Shown here one piece after another: positions 59,294 to 60,000 of a stretch of 60,000 nucleotides of DNA; the stretch's first letter is position 1; each line of letters starts with the position of its first letter. The stretch comes from Campylobacterales bacterium. GTDB lineage: Bacteria; Campylobacterota; Campylobacteria; Campylobacterales; QNZT01. The stretch spans positions 85,333 through 145,332 of the forward strand of contig JALVVN010000038.1 in NCBI GenBank assembly GCA_027023405.1. The letters are read 5' to 3'. The notes below the pieces were generated by a model. It did not search any database, was not told where the DNA came from, and saw only the letters and a list, made by a program, of their open reading frames with translations. Made by a program: the position numbers and the translations under genes.

Positions 59294-60000
59294 TTGTCAC
59301 TACAAAAGCTACTCTGGTTCGGGCTTATACTCGGTACCGTTTCACTAGAGGCGAAGCTCTATACTTTCGATGAGCTTCGTACCCTCCCCGCATCCAACCA
59401 AAAAGATTTCTATATTTACCGTCTATTGGAGCAACCGGTGACAAAACCGCAAGCTAATGAACTACTCAAGCAGGTAAAACATCTCAATGCTAAACTCAAA
59501 AAGCGTTTGACTCCCTATATCGATAAATTTGCAAAAGAGCGCTATTGCGCTTCACTCAAGCCCAAGCAACTACTCGGACATTACAGTAGTTGCGTCAAGG
59601 TGGGATTAAGCTTCCACCGCGCGACACAAGTAGAATCTGCTCTCTTAGAAAAGATAGCAAACTCTATACAACTACAAGATCCCGAGCTCGCTCAGATCTA
59701 CCACACGATTGCACAAAAGAGTTTTCAAGCTCTCATCGCGCTTCCTCCCAAATCTCTCCTTGAGACATTCAACGGTGTGGGAAAGCGTTTTATTCAAGCG
59801 CACTACAATTATCCCATCCCTGCATCAACACTACAAACACTTCGCACACAACCGTGGGCACTCTTTAAGATGCTGGATAAAATTGTACGAAGCGAAAAAC
59901 TCGATTCGCTTCAAAAATCGCTCCTCACGCTTGAGGGCAGTGCTCTGGGTGAGCGAAGCAATTTTCTTTTGGGGCTTAATGCTATTCACTATGGTCAACT
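59294..60000 (+). CDS. Probable soluble lytic transglycosylase (Slt-like), N-terminal part, runs off the window
   Basis: Manual translation from TTG 59294: MSLQKLLWFGLILGTVSLEAKLYTFDEL...NQKDFYIYRLL...; signal peptide; yggT-slt order is typical of Campylobacterota. Catalytic domain not visible. Confidence 0.65.
   Translation, partial: MSLQKLLWFGLILGTVSLEAKLYTFDELRTLPASNQKDFYIYRLLEQPVTKPQANELLKQVKHLNAKLKKRLTPYIDKFAKERYCASLKPKQLLGHYSSCVKVGLSFHRATQVESALLEKIANSIQLQDPELAQIYHTIAQKSFQALIALPPKSLLETFNGVGKRFIQAHYNYPIPASTLQTLRTQPWALFKMLDKIVRSEKLDSLQKSLLTLEGSALGERSNFLLGLNAIHYGQ

Overview
Chromosomal, gene-dense window from a Campylobacterota (epsilonproteobacterial) genome, judged from the conserved gene orders (COG3400-aroB-mscS-mtaB-ftsH-like-bioV-mog; ilvB-ilvN-lpxD; ctpA-purC-purS-purQ-SH3-plsC-htpG; yggT-slt). 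It is mostly housekeeping: hisD, aroB, DAHP synthase, purCSQ, glyS, valS, rpmH-rnpA-yidD-yidC-jag-mnmE, rpsF-ssb-rpsR, holA, rnr, murF and flgH. Scattered accessory secreted proteins include an S41 lipoprotein protease, an S8 subtilase, a lipase plus FadL pair and a five-repeat lipoprotein. I saw no rRNA, tRNA, CRISPR array, transposase or prophage. Five things stand out. (1) A 129-aa orphan protein (36972-37361) ends in an FtsZ-type C-terminal peptide (EDDLDLPTYLRKK) after a disordered linker and sits head-to-head with the murF operon; it is a candidate FtsZ-tail mimic. (2) A pseudo-receiver plus degenerate-GGDEF protein keeps an RxxD I-site (29270-30070), and a membrane EAL phosphodiesterase lies at 53059-54906; both follow TAAA-N15-xxCGAT sigma28-type promoters, suggesting a FliA-controlled c-di-GMP module. 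(3) rnpA and mnmE, in one operon, both lack canonical start codons (AUU and AUA are proposed). (4) A multi-hairpin, GTAG-tagged REP-like element lies between yqeY and rpsR. (5) Three genes appear leaderless. All function calls come from motif reading by eye; no searches were run.
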